A stretch of DNA of 64,000 nucleotides from an uncultured delta proteobacterium (GTDB taxonomy: Bacteria > Desulfobacterota > Binatia > DP-6): NCBI GenBank assembly GCA_963815115.1, contig CAWFFN010000007.1, positions 320,001 to 384,000 of the forward strand, given 5' to 3'. The translations under genes were made by a program, and so were the position numbers. Under the pieces are notes generated by a model. The model made no database searches and was not told where the DNA came from. It saw nothing but the letters and a program-made list of their open reading frames with translations. Positions 55,520 to 64,000 of this stretch are shown here, one piece after another; position 1 is the first letter of the stretch, and each line of letters begins with the position of its first letter.

Positions 55520-57439
55520 ATGTGCGGGATTGCCGGCGAGCTGCGACTGACACCCGGGGAACGGCCCAGTGCGGCGCGGGTGCGGGCGATGTGCGACGTC
55601 ATGGTCCATCGCGGCCCGGACTCGTTCGGCGAGTTCTCCGACGGCGAGGCGGCCCTCGGAATGCGCCGGCTCGCCATCGTCGACGTCGCTGGCGGCCAGC
55701 AGCCCCTGGGCAACGAGGACGGCTCCGTGCAGGTGGTCTGCAACGGTGAGATCTACAACTCCCCGGCGCTCGCTCGCGAGCTCGAGGCCCGCGGCCACAC
55801 GCTGCGCACCCGCTCCGACGTCGAGGTGATCGCGCACCTCTACGAGGAGGACGGCGTCGACGTCGCGGCGCGCCTCGACGGGATGTTCGCATTTGCCCTG
55901 TGGGACACGAAGGCGCACCGCCTCGTCCTCGGCCGCGACCGCGTCGGCATCAAGCCGCTCTACGTGACCCGCCTCGGCGATCGTCTGGTGTGGGGCTCGG
56001 AGGCGAAGTGCCTCCTCGCCGCCGGCCTCGATCCGCAGCTCGACCCGCAGGCGCTGCACGACTATCTCACCCTCGGCTACGTCGCGGGCCCGGCGTCCAT
56101 CTTCGCCGGCGTCCGGCAGCTCGCTCCCGGGCACGTCCTCGTCGCCGAGCCGGGGAAGGAGCCGGTCACCCGGCGCTACTGGTCGCTCGAGGGGCACGTC
56201 GCGGGACGCGAGACGCGGAGCGATGCCGACTGGGAGGCCGAGCTGGTCTCGACGCTGCGCGGCGCGGTGCAGAGCCATCTCATGGCGGACGTTCCGCTCG
56301 GCGTGTTCCTGTCCGGCGGCCTCGATTCGGGCAGCATCGTCGCCCTCATGCACGAGCTGGGGGTGCACCCGATCCGCACCTTCACCATCGGCTTCGAGGA
56401 GAAGAGCTTCAGCGAGCTCGACGAGGCGCGACAGGTCGCGACGCGCTACGGGACCGAGCATCACGAGCTGATCGTCCGGCCCGACGCGATCTCGCTGCTG
56501 CCGCGGCTCGTACGCAGCTTCGACGAGCCCTTCGCGGACTCCTCGGCCATCCCCGTCTTCCACGTCTCCGAGCTGGCCCGGCGCCACGTCACCGTGGTGC
56601 TGTCGGGCGAGGGGGGCGACGAGGTGCTCGCCGGCTACGAGACCTACCGCGCGCGCCGTGTCGCGGCGCTCTACGCGCGCCTGCCGCAGGCGATCGGCCG
56701 GCGGCTCGTCCCGGCGGTGGTGCGGCAGCTTCCGGTCTCGCATGCCAAAGTCAGCTTCGACTACAAGGCGAAACGCTTCGTCACCGGCGCCTATCTGCCC
56801 CCGGCCGCCGGCCACCTCTGGTGGAAGACGATTCTCGACGAGGACGGCAAGGCGGCGCTCTACGGAGACGGTAGGGACGGCCGAGCCCCGACGGTGCGGC
56901 TCTTCGAGGACCTCTTCTCGGAGAGCGACGGCGACGAGCTCGACCGGCTGCAATTTGTCGACACGAAGCTTTACCTGCCGGCCGACATTCTGGTTAAGGT
57001 CGACCGGATGAGCATGCAGCACTCGCTCGAGGCGCGCGTTCCCTTCCTGGACCGCTCGATGCTCGAGCTGTCGCGCCGCATTCCCTCGCGCCTGCGGCTG
57101 CGCGGGATGACGACCAAGTACCTGTTGCGCCGTGCCATGGCGGAACGGCTTCCGCCGGCCGTCCTGAACGGCAAGAAGCGCGGCTTCAACGTACCCATGC
57201 CGGCGTGGCTGGCCGGCGGCCTGCGTGATTTCACGCGTGACGTCCTGGCGCCCGACCGCGTTCGGCGCCAGGGGATCTTCCGCCCGGCGGCGGTCGAGCG
57301 ACTGGTGGCGGAGCACCTGAGCCGTCGGATCGATCACAGCCGCGCAATCTGGACCCTGCTCGTGCTATCGGTCTGGCAGGACGAGTTCCTTCGCGACGTT
57401 CCTCCCGTGCCCCAGCGGGTGGCCGCCGCCTCGCTCTGA
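55520..57439 (+). CDS. asnB: Asparagine synthase (glutamine-hydrolysing) family amidotransferase
   Basis: MCGIAG, HRGPD, RRLAIVD, NGEIYN, RDRVGIKPLY, FLSGGLDS, SGEGGDE, KVDRMSM.HSLEARVPFLD, KRGF. Confidence 0.95.
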   Translation: MCGIAGELRLTPGERPSAARVRAMCDVMVHRGPDSFGEFSDGEAALGMRRLAIVDVAGGQQPLGNEDGSVQVVCNGEIYNSPALARELEARGHTLRTRSDVEVIAHLYEEDGVDVAARLDGMFAFALWDTKAHRLVLGRDRVGIKPLYVTRLGDRLVWGSEAKCLLAAGLDPQLDPQALHDYLTLGYVAGPASIFAGVRQLAPGHVLVAEPGKEPVTRRYWSLEGHVAGRETRSDADWEAELVSTLRGAVQSHLMADVPLGVFLSGGLDSGSIVALMHELGVHPIRTFTIGFEEKSFSELDEARQVATRYGTEHHELIVRPDAISLLPRLVRSFDEPFADSSAIPVFHVSELARRHVTVVLSGEGGDEVLAGYETYRARRVAALYARLPQAIGRRLVPAVVRQLPVSHAKVSFDYKAKRFVTGAYLPPAAGHLWWKTILDEDGKAALYGDGRDGRAPTVRLFEDLFSESDGDELDRLQFVDTKLYLPADILVKVDRMSMQHSLEARVPFLDRSMLELSRRIPSRLRLRGMTTKYLLRRAMAERLPPAVLNGKKRGFNVPMPAWLAGGLRDFTRDVLAPDRVRRQGIFRPAAVERLVAEHLSRRIDHSRAIWTLLVLSVWQDEFLRDVPPVPQRVAAASL

Positions 57440-57474
57440 CGCGAGCCTATCCACATGGTCGAGCGGAGAAACCC

Positions 57475-59382
57475 GTGATTGCTCTCGAAGCCAAGGAGTT
57501 CAAGGTCGCCCCCCCTCCGGAGGAGTTCCGCGACCTCGGGCTGCGGGCCGACTCGGCATGGAGCCGCCTCTGGCAGCTCGCGGTTGCTGCCATCGGACTC
57601 CTGCTCCTCCTGCCCGTGTCGATGGCGATCGCGGTCGCCACCAAGCTGACGAGCCGCGGCCCCGTCCTCTACAAGGGGACCCGCATCGGCCGGAACATGG
57701 AGCCCTTCACGATCTTCAAGTTCCGGACGCTCCTGGTCGACGCCGAGCAGCGCATCGGCGCCCGCCTGCTCACGCCCGGTGATCCCCTCTACACGCCCGT
57801 CGGCCGCTTCCTGAAGCGCACCAAGCTGGACGAGATTCCGCAGCTGCTGAACGTCGTGCGCGGGGACATGAACATGGTCGGCCCGCGACCGATCCGGCCG
57901 GTGTTCCTCGCCACCTCGATGCGCGAGATCCGCAACTACGCGGCGCGCTTCGTCGTCCGGCCGGGGATGACGGGCCTGGCGCAGCTCCGCGGCGGCTACT
58001 TCACGCACCCGCGCGACAAGCTGCGCTACGACATCCTCTACATCCGCAACCGCGGCTTCTGGCTCGACTTGAAGCTCGTGGTCGCGACGTTCGTGAAGCT
58101 CCTCAACCGGTGGCTCACGCTCGGCCTGCTCCTGGCGCTCATCTTCCTGAGCGCGTCGTTCGTGCCGGCCGTGTTCCGTTCGCCCTTCGAGCTCGAGCTG
58201 GGCGGATTCCACCTCTCGCCCTTCGAGGGGCTCGGCCTCCTGCTGGCGGCGTTCGTGCTCGTCCGTCAGATCCCCGTCCACCAGCTCTATCTCTATCGCA
58301 CGCCCACCAACCGTCCGATGGTCTGCTTCGTGGTATTCTCCCTGCTCGCGGGCCTCGTCGCCGGTGATCTGGTGCCGCGGCTGCGGGACGCGGCGTACTT
58401 CACGGCGTCGGGCTTCCTGCTCTTCTTCCTGGTGGTGAGCGGCGAGGTGACGGCGGGCTTCGCACGCCGGGCAACCCGGCTGGTCGCGCTGGCGGCGGTG
58501 GCGGTCGCGGTGGTCGGCATCCTCCAGCTGGCGCTGGAGGCGCATGCCCTGGCGGCGGCGGCCGGCGGCTCGGACGGCGGCCTGCCCCGGGTCGCGTCCA
58601 CGCTCGGAAGTCCGGTCGTGCTGGCCGCGTACCTGGTGCTGGGCATCCCGCTCGTGTTCGTCGAGCTGGTATGTGCGGAGCGACGCGAGGAGCGCGATTT
58701 CTGGCTCATCTGCACCACGCTCGTCGTGGTCGCCGTGCTGCTCACCCAGACCCGCCTGTCGCTGCTTGCGCTCTGGCTGACCGGGGTCGTGTTCGCGTGG
58801 CGCGTCTCCCGGCGAGCCTTCCGGCTCGTCCTCGGCGCCGCCCTCGCGCTCCTCGGCGTGCTGGTGATGTCGGGGGCGCTGCGTCTGTCGCCGGCCGACA
58901 TCGGCGCCGAATTCTCGCGGCGGCTCACCGTGACCGCGGCGACGGTATCGGAAGAAGCCATGGGCCTGCGTGGCCTCGTCGGGACCGATCCCGGCAAGGG
59001 CGCAGTTGCCATGGTGGAGGTCGAGCACGGGCCCGACGGCGCCCCCGAACGGGTGCACAACGAGAACATGCACTTGACGCTGGTGCTCCGCACCGGCCTG
59101 ATCGGATGGGCGCTCATCATGTGGGTCATCGGCGCCGCGCTCGCCGGCATCTATCGCGGTAGCGGGGCGGTGAGTGACCGGCGCCTGGCGCTCACGCTCT
59201 GGGCGATCTTCTCCTCGGGCCTCGGCTTCCTCATCTCGATGAGCAACTTCAACGCCTTCTACAATCCGACGATCCAGATCATGTTCTGGGGACTGCTCGG
59301 AATCGGGACTGCGATCGCGACCCACTTCGGGGGCCGGCGGCCGCAGTTCAACGTGATCTACCGCTTCGGGCAGGGCGAATGA
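57475..59382 (+). CDS. Sugar transferase (phosphoglycosyl transferase) fused to an O-antigen ligase/Wzy-like domain
   Basis: The N-terminus has FTIFKFRT, KLDEIPQLLNV.RGDM.MVGPRP, RPGMTGLAQ and YDILY. About 430 aa of multi-TM sequence follows, with RVASTLGSP, LTQTR and ENMHL..RTGLIG. Confidence 0.88.
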   Translation: MIALEAKEFKVAPPPEEFRDLGLRADSAWSRLWQLAVAAIGLLLLLPVSMAIAVATKLTSRGPVLYKGTRIGRNMEPFTIFKFRTLLVDAEQRIGARLLTPGDPLYTPVGRFLKRTKLDEIPQLLNVVRGDMNMVGPRPIRPVFLATSMREIRNYAARFVVRPGMTGLAQLRGGYFTHPRDKLRYDILYIRNRGFWLDLKLVVATFVKLLNRWLTLGLLLALIFLSASFVPAVFRSPFELELGGFHLSPFEGLGLLLAAFVLVRQIPVHQLYLYRTPTNRPMVCFVVFSLLAGLVAGDLVPRLRDAAYFTASGFLLFFLVVSGEVTAGFARRATRLVALAAVAVAVVGILQLALEAHALAAAAGGSDGGLPRVASTLGSPVVLAAYLVLGIPLVFVELVCAERREERDFWLICTTLVVVAVLLTQTRLSLLALWLTGVVFAWRVSRRAFRLVLGAALALLGVLVMSGALRLSPADIGAEFSRRLTVTAATVSEEAMGLRGLVGTDPGKGAVAMVEVEHGPDGAPERVHNENMHLTLVLRTGLIGWALIMWVIGAALAGIYRGSGAVSDRRLALTLWAIFSSGLGFLISMSNFNAFYNPTIQIMFWGLLGIGTAIATHFGGRRPQFNVIYRFGQGE

Positions 59383-61364
59383 GCGATCGACCGTCTCGGC
59401 TCGGCGGCGCGATCCGCGGACTCGGCCTCGGGGCGCTCGCCGGCGCGCTCTGGTTCGCCCTGGAGGTGATAGGGAATCGGCTCGGGGGCGGCTTCGTCCC
59501 CGTGCCGCTCCTGATCGCGATGGCGCAGCTCGACCTCGGCCTCGGCGCGGTTGCCGGCGCCGTGCTCGGTGCGTTGTTGCCGCGCGGCGGCCTCGCGCTC
59601 GGACTCGCACTCGCCATGGCCTATGGGTTTCTACGCGTCTTCGAGCCGCCGGGCATGGGGGCCGAGGCGGTCTTCGTGCTGGTTGCCGCCGTCCTGGTCC
59701 TCGGTGCCGTGCGCCTCGCGGACCGCGACGGGACGGGGGTCCTCGCCTTCGTGCACGCAACGCTGCTCGGCGCCCTGGGAGTGCTGGGGTTGGAGACCGT
59801 GCTCGACCAGATGCACGCTCACGCGCTGCGCGGCCTGCGCCTGCCCGTCGCGATCGCGGTTCTTCCGGCCCTGCTGGTGGCCGCGGACTGGCTCGTCGGC
59901 CTGGTGATCCGCCGCCGCGGCATGCGGCTCGCCATCGAGACGGTCGCGGTGCTCGTCACGTGCGCGATGCTCGGCCGGCCGCTCTCGACGGCCCCGCTCG
60001 AGAGCCGCGTGGTCACGGCGGTGCCGCCTCCGGCCGGCACCCCGGACATCTTCCTGGTCTCGCTCGACACGACGCGCGCGGACCACCTCTCGCTCTACGG
60101 CTACGGGCGGCCGACCTCGCCCAACTTGGAAGCGCTGGCGTCGGATGCGCTCGTCTACACCCAGGCACGCTCGGCGGCGGGCTGGACGCTGCCCGGCCAC
60201 GCCTCGATGCTCACGGGCATGTACCCGAGCCGGCACGGCGCGCACCTGGCCGGCGGATGGCTGCCGGGGGAGTCGATCGACGGCCGGCGCAACGTCGCCT
60301 TTCCGCTCGCCGCCGACAAGGTGACGCTGGCCGAGGCGCTGCGCGACCGCGGCTACACCACCGCCGGCTTCGTCGCGAACTTCTCCTATCTCTACCGTGA
60401 TTTCGGCCTGGCCCAGGGCTTCTCGCTCTACGAGGATGCGCCGGGGTTGCTGCTGCGGGTGCGTCCGCCCGCGGTGCGCTTCGCCCAGCGCTTCTCGCCC
60501 GGATTCTGCCTCAAGCCCTATCGCACCGCGCGGGACATCAACCGCCTCGCCCTCGACTGGCTGGACCAGGCGCCTTCGGGCCGACCGGTGTTCGTGTTCG
60601 TGAACTACATGGAGCCGCACCAGCCATGGCTGGCGCCCCCTCCCCACGACCGCTGGGTGTCGGAGTTGCCCCAGGCGCGCGCCCTCGCGACCAAGGACCT
60701 CTATACCCACGAGGTGAAGAACTTCACCCCCGAGGAGATCACCTTCATCCAGGCGAACTACGACGGCCAGGTGGCCGCCATGGATGACGCCCTCGGCGAG
60801 CTGGTTGCGGAGCTGAAGGCGCGCGGGCGCTACGAGCGGTCGCTCATCATCGTCACCGCCGACCACGGCGAGCTGCTCGGCGAGCACGGCTTCGTCGGTC
60901 ACATGGGTCGGATGCTCTACGAGCCCCTCCTGCACATCCCTCTGGTGGTCAAGTTCCCCGGTGCCGACCACCCGCGCGGCCGGGTGGACGGCCCGGTGCA
61001 GACCGTCGACGTCACGCCCACCGCGCTGCACGAGGCCGGCGCCGCGCTGCCGCCGGACGTCCAGGGGCAGGACCTTCGCCACGTGACCCGTCCGAGCCTG
61101 GCCGAGGAGGACATCAATCCCTTCCTGGTGGCCGACTACGGAGAGACCTACGACCGCGCGGTGCGCGTGCTGTTCGACGGCAGCTGGAAGCTCATCTCGA
61201 CGTCACGCGGGCAGCGGATGCTCTTCGATCTTTCCCGCGATCCGGGGGAGACCCACGACCTCGCCGCGGCGGAACCCGAGCGGGTCGACGAGCTCGCGCG
61301 CCGCCTCGAGGATCGCATGAGCACCATGGTCGCCACGGCCGAACCGACCAGGCAGGTGAACTAG
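59379..61364 (+). CDS. Membrane-anchored sulfatase-like hydrolase/transferase
   Basis: About 7 N-terminal TM helices, then SLDTTRADH, WTLPGHASMLTG, NYMEPH.P, YDGQV, TADHGE, GH, and LFDL..DPGE. Confidence 0.88.
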   Translation: MSDRPSRLGGAIRGLGLGALAGALWFALEVIGNRLGGGFVPVPLLIAMAQLDLGLGAVAGAVLGALLPRGGLALGLALAMAYGFLRVFEPPGMGAEAVFVLVAAVLVLGAVRLADRDGTGVLAFVHATLLGALGVLGLETVLDQMHAHALRGLRLPVAIAVLPALLVAADWLVGLVIRRRGMRLAIETVAVLVTCAMLGRPLSTAPLESRVVTAVPPPAGTPDIFLVSLDTTRADHLSLYGYGRPTSPNLEALASDALVYTQARSAAGWTLPGHASMLTGMYPSRHGAHLAGGWLPGESIDGRRNVAFPLAADKVTLAEALRDRGYTTAGFVANFSYLYRDFGLAQGFSLYEDAPGLLLRVRPPAVRFAQRFSPGFCLKPYRTARDINRLALDWLDQAPSGRPVFVFVNYMEPHQPWLAPPPHDRWVSELPQARALATKDLYTHEVKNFTPEEITFIQANYDGQVAAMDDALGELVAELKARGRYERSLIIVTADHGELLGEHGFVGHMGRMLYEPLLHIPLVVKFPGADHPRGRVDGPVQTVDVTPTALHEAGAALPPDVQGQDLRHVTRPSLAEEDINPFLVADYGETYDRAVRVLFDGSWKLISTSRGQRMLFDLSRDPGETHDLAAAEPERVDELARRLEDRMSTMVATAEPTRQVN

Positions 61365-61367
61365 CCG

Positions 61368-62471
61368 ATGCGTCCCAACGGAACCCAGGCCCCCTCCTCG
61401 CCGGAGCCGGCGCCGGGCGGCGTTCGCCGCGTCACCTCGATCGCGCGCTGGCTGTCGCGCCGCAAGACATCGGCGGCGCAGCCGGCGCCCGCCGTCTCGG
61501 TCGTGATGCCGGTCTACAACGCGGAGGCCACGCTCGAGGAGTGCCTCATGCGGCTCGGGCAGTCGACCTTCGAGGACTTCGAGGTCGTCGTCGTCGACGA
61601 CGGTTCGACCGACCGCTCGGCGGAGATCCTCGCGCGCTTCCCGGTCCGGGTGGTGCCGAGCCCGGGACGGGTGGGGCCCGCAGCGGCGCGCAACCTGGGA
61701 GCCCAGATCGCCACCGGAAAGATCCTCTTCTTCATCGATTCCGACGTGATGGTCCGGCCGGATACGTTGCGCCTGCTCGCGGACGGGTTCGAGCAGCCAG
61801 AGGTGGATGGCTTCTGCGGGGTTCAGGCAGCCGAGATGCGCCACCGGGACCTCGTGAGCCAGTACAAAAACCTGTGGATGCGGTGGACCTATTTGAGGCA
61901 GACTGGCGACGTGCCCCTCTTCTACACCACCGCCGCCGCCATCCGGCGGGATGCGTTCCTGCGTGTCGGCGGCTTCGACGTGGGCTACTCGACCCCCAAC
62001 GTCGAGGATACCGCCTTCGGGCAGAAGCTGAGGCGGCTGGGCATCCGGGTGCGCGTCCACCCCCTGCTCGAGGTCGAGCACGTCAAGCGCTACTCGCTCC
62101 GCGGCCTGCTGCGGACGGACTTCATGCGCGCCGTGTCGCTCACGCGCCTCAAGCTGCGCCACCCCACCGACCTGGCTGAGAACAACACCTCCGTGCCGTC
62201 GAGCTACATGGCGAGCGTACCGCTGAGCGGTCTCGCCGTGCTGGGGCTCACCGTCGGCCTGGGCGCCGGCTGGTGGCCGGCGACCGCCATCGGCCTGCTC
62301 GCCGCGGGCGGCGTGCTCGGGCTGAACTTCGGATTCCTGGAGGCCATCCGGCGCAGCGAGGGCTGGGCGCGCGTCCTGTCGGCGATCCCCCTGCTCTGGC
62401 TGGAGCTGCTGGTGGTGGGAGCGGGCACGGCCATCGGGCTGCTGTCGTTTCCGTTCGGCCGGCGCTACTGA
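61368..62471 (+). CDS. Glycosyltransferase family 2 with C-terminal TM helices
   Basis: SVVMPVYN, VDDGSTD, GPAAARN.G, FIDSD, VGGFD, VED. Confidence 0.93.
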   Translation: MRPNGTQAPSSPEPAPGGVRRVTSIARWLSRRKTSAAQPAPAVSVVMPVYNAEATLEECLMRLGQSTFEDFEVVVVDDGSTDRSAEILARFPVRVVPSPGRVGPAAARNLGAQIATGKILFFIDSDVMVRPDTLRLLADGFEQPEVDGFCGVQAAEMRHRDLVSQYKNLWMRWTYLRQTGDVPLFYTTAAAIRRDAFLRVGGFDVGYSTPNVEDTAFGQKLRRLGIRVRVHPLLEVEHVKRYSLRGLLRTDFMRAVSLTRLKLRHPTDLAENNTSVPSSYMASVPLSGLAVLGLTVGLGAGWWPATAIGLLAAGGVLGLNFGFLEAIRRSEGWARVLSAIPLLWLELLVVGAGTAIGLLSFPFGRRY

Positions 62472-62496
62472 GACCCGCGATCAAGGAGACATTGCG

Positions 62497-63726
62497 ATGG
62501 GCTACCTCGACTACCTGCAGCACGGGAAGAAGATCTTCCGCAAGAAGGGCGAGCTCCCCGTGTACCTGGTCTACTTCATCACCGACGCCTGCAATGCCAA
62601 GTGCAAGCACTGCCTGCTCGCCGACGGTGCCCACCCCGGGTGGGAAGAGCCCTCGATGACCTACCGCAAGCAGGAGCTCTCGCTCGAGGAACTGGACAAG
62701 GTCACGAGCAGCATCGGCAAGGGCAGCCTGATGTTTCTCCTGCCCACGGGCGGTGAGCCGTTCCTACGCAAGGACATCGGCGAGATCGTGAAGGTCTTCC
62801 ACAAGAACACCGGCGTGCGGAACGTGGGCATCCCCACCAACGGCAGCACGACGGCGCGCACCGTGTCCATCGTGAAGGACCTGTGCGAGAGCTGCCCGGA
62901 GCTCGACCTCCACATCGACGTCTCGCTCGACGGCGTGGGCGAGCTGCACGACGAGATCCGCGTCTTCCCCGGTCTCTTCAAGCGCTCGATCGAGACCTAC
63001 AAGGCGCTGCGCGAGATCGAGAAGCACTACAAGAACTTCAGCGTGCAGGTGGAGACCACGGTCTCCAAGCACAACGAGGACGTGCTGATCGAGAACTACG
63101 AGTGGTTCCGCCACAATCTCGACGTCGACACGGTGTTCACGCTGCTGACGCGGGGCAGCCCCAAGGAGCCGCTCGCCAAGTTCTTCGACGTCGAGAAGTA
63201 CCAGGCGTACGCCGATCACATGGAGCGCGAGTACAAGAGCGGCTCGCTCTCCGGGTACGATCATTTCCCGTTCGCCGACTTCATCAACGCGAAGCGGATC
63301 GTACGCCACAACCTGATCGCCAAGATCGTGCGCGAGAACGAGTACCAGATTCCGTGCTACGCGGGGAACCTGGGCGGCGCGATGTTCGCCAACGGCGACA
63401 TCTACCCGTGCGAGCTGCTCATCGATCGGAAGCTCGGCAACGTCCGCGAGGCCGGGTACGACTTCCGGAAGATCTGGTTCAGCGAGGCCGCCGAGGCGTC
63501 GCGTCGCTTCATCCGGGAGTCGAAGTGCTTCTGCACCTACGAGTGCTTCCTCACCATCAACATCCTGTTCAACCCGCGCATGATGCCGGCCGTCCTGAAG
63601 GAGTGGTCGAGTCTGAAGGCACGGAAGGCGTGGCGGAAGCTGACGGGCCGGCCGCCGGCGCGCGCCACGCTCGCCAGCTGCGGAACGGGTACCAGCAACA
63701 CGGCCACGGCCGCGGCCGACGCCTGA
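62497..63726 (+). CDS. Radical SAM protein with SPASM/twitch-like C-terminal domain
   Basis: CNAKCKHC, GGEPFLR, TNG, VSLDG..HD.IR, CYAG..NGDIYPC..CFC..EC. RBS AAGGAG. Confidence 0.93.
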   Translation: MGYLDYLQHGKKIFRKKGELPVYLVYFITDACNAKCKHCLLADGAHPGWEEPSMTYRKQELSLEELDKVTSSIGKGSLMFLLPTGGEPFLRKDIGEIVKVFHKNTGVRNVGIPTNGSTTARTVSIVKDLCESCPELDLHIDVSLDGVGELHDEIRVFPGLFKRSIETYKALREIEKHYKNFSVQVETTVSKHNEDVLIENYEWFRHNLDVDTVFTLLTRGSPKEPLAKFFDVEKYQAYADHMEREYKSGSLSGYDHFPFADFINAKRIVRHNLIAKIVRENEYQIPCYAGNLGGAMFANGDIYPCELLIDRKLGNVREAGYDFRKIWFSEAAEASRRFIRESKCFCTYECFLTINILFNPRMMPAVLKEWSSLKARKAWRKLTGRPPARATLASCGTGTSNTATAAADA

Positions 63727-63757
63727 GGGCGTAGCCGATCTCTGCGGGAGATTTCCG

Positions 63758-64000
63758 ATGTTTCGAGGCAAACGCATCTCCGTCGTCATTCCGTGCCACA
63801 ACGAGGAAGAGGGCGTCCGCACCACGATCGAGCAGATGCCGCCCATCGTGGACGAGGTGCTCGTGGTCGACAATGCGTCGACCGATCGCACCTCGGAGGT
63901 GGCGCAGTCGCTCGGCGCACGCGTCGTCTACGAGGCCCGCAAGGGCTACGGTCGGGCGTACAAGACCGGCTTCTCCGAGGCACGGGGCGACATCATCGTG
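63758..64000 (+). CDS. Glycosyltransferase family 2 (polyprenol-phosphate glycosyltransferase-like), truncated by window end
   Basis: MFRGKRISVVIPCHNEE..VVDNASTDRT..KGYGRA..ARGDIIV. RBS GGGAG. Confidence 0.88.
   Translation, partial: MFRGKRISVVIPCHNEEEGVRTTIEQMPPIVDEVLVVDNASTDRTSEVAQSLGARVVYEARKGYGRAYKTGFSEARGDIIV

Noticed and set aside
59379-63726. Sulfatase plus anaerobic sulfatase-maturating enzyme pair, or a RiPP locus
   Set aside because: The sulfatase-like protein lacks the Cys/Ser formylglycine motif and no precursor peptide is visible.

Overview
High-GC (about 70% by eye) chromosomal DNA from a Gram-negative bacterium. Gene content suggests a deltaproteobacterial-type lineage such as Candidatus Binatia or Myxococcota (inference only). 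The region 1-20.7 kb holds tRNA-Glu and housekeeping, catabolic and envelope genes: an acyl-CoA dehydrogenase pair, MFS transporter, Ste24 peptidase, two CoA-transferases, CpoB-like lipoprotein, LpxO-like hydroxylase, YqgE, thiD, pgl-like, tamAB, ppa and an amidohydrolase. The region 20.8-40.8 kb holds five large secreted cysteine-rich repeat proteins (three broken by a single small indel), interleaved with bolA/grxD, YdcF, a phosphotriesterase, thiolases and a nitroreductase. The region 41.5-44.9 kb holds HU, a small unknown protein, a histidine-kinase-like protein with a degenerate ATPase domain, and a sigma54 activator. From 45 kb to the window end runs a Wzy-type polysaccharide operon with a tyrosine pseudokinase, a phosphoglycosyl-transferase/O-antigen-ligase-like fusion and many tailoring enzymes. 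The main observation is five sigma54 -24/-12 boxes, four with an IHF-like site upstream. They precede three Cys-rich protein transcription units, the regulator cassette and the polysaccharide operon. This suggests a co-regulated protein-plus-polysaccharide extracellular matrix system resembling PEP-CTERM/PrsKR, but with a basic helical C-terminal domain in place of a sorting signal. No CRISPR array, rRNA or mobile element was seen.
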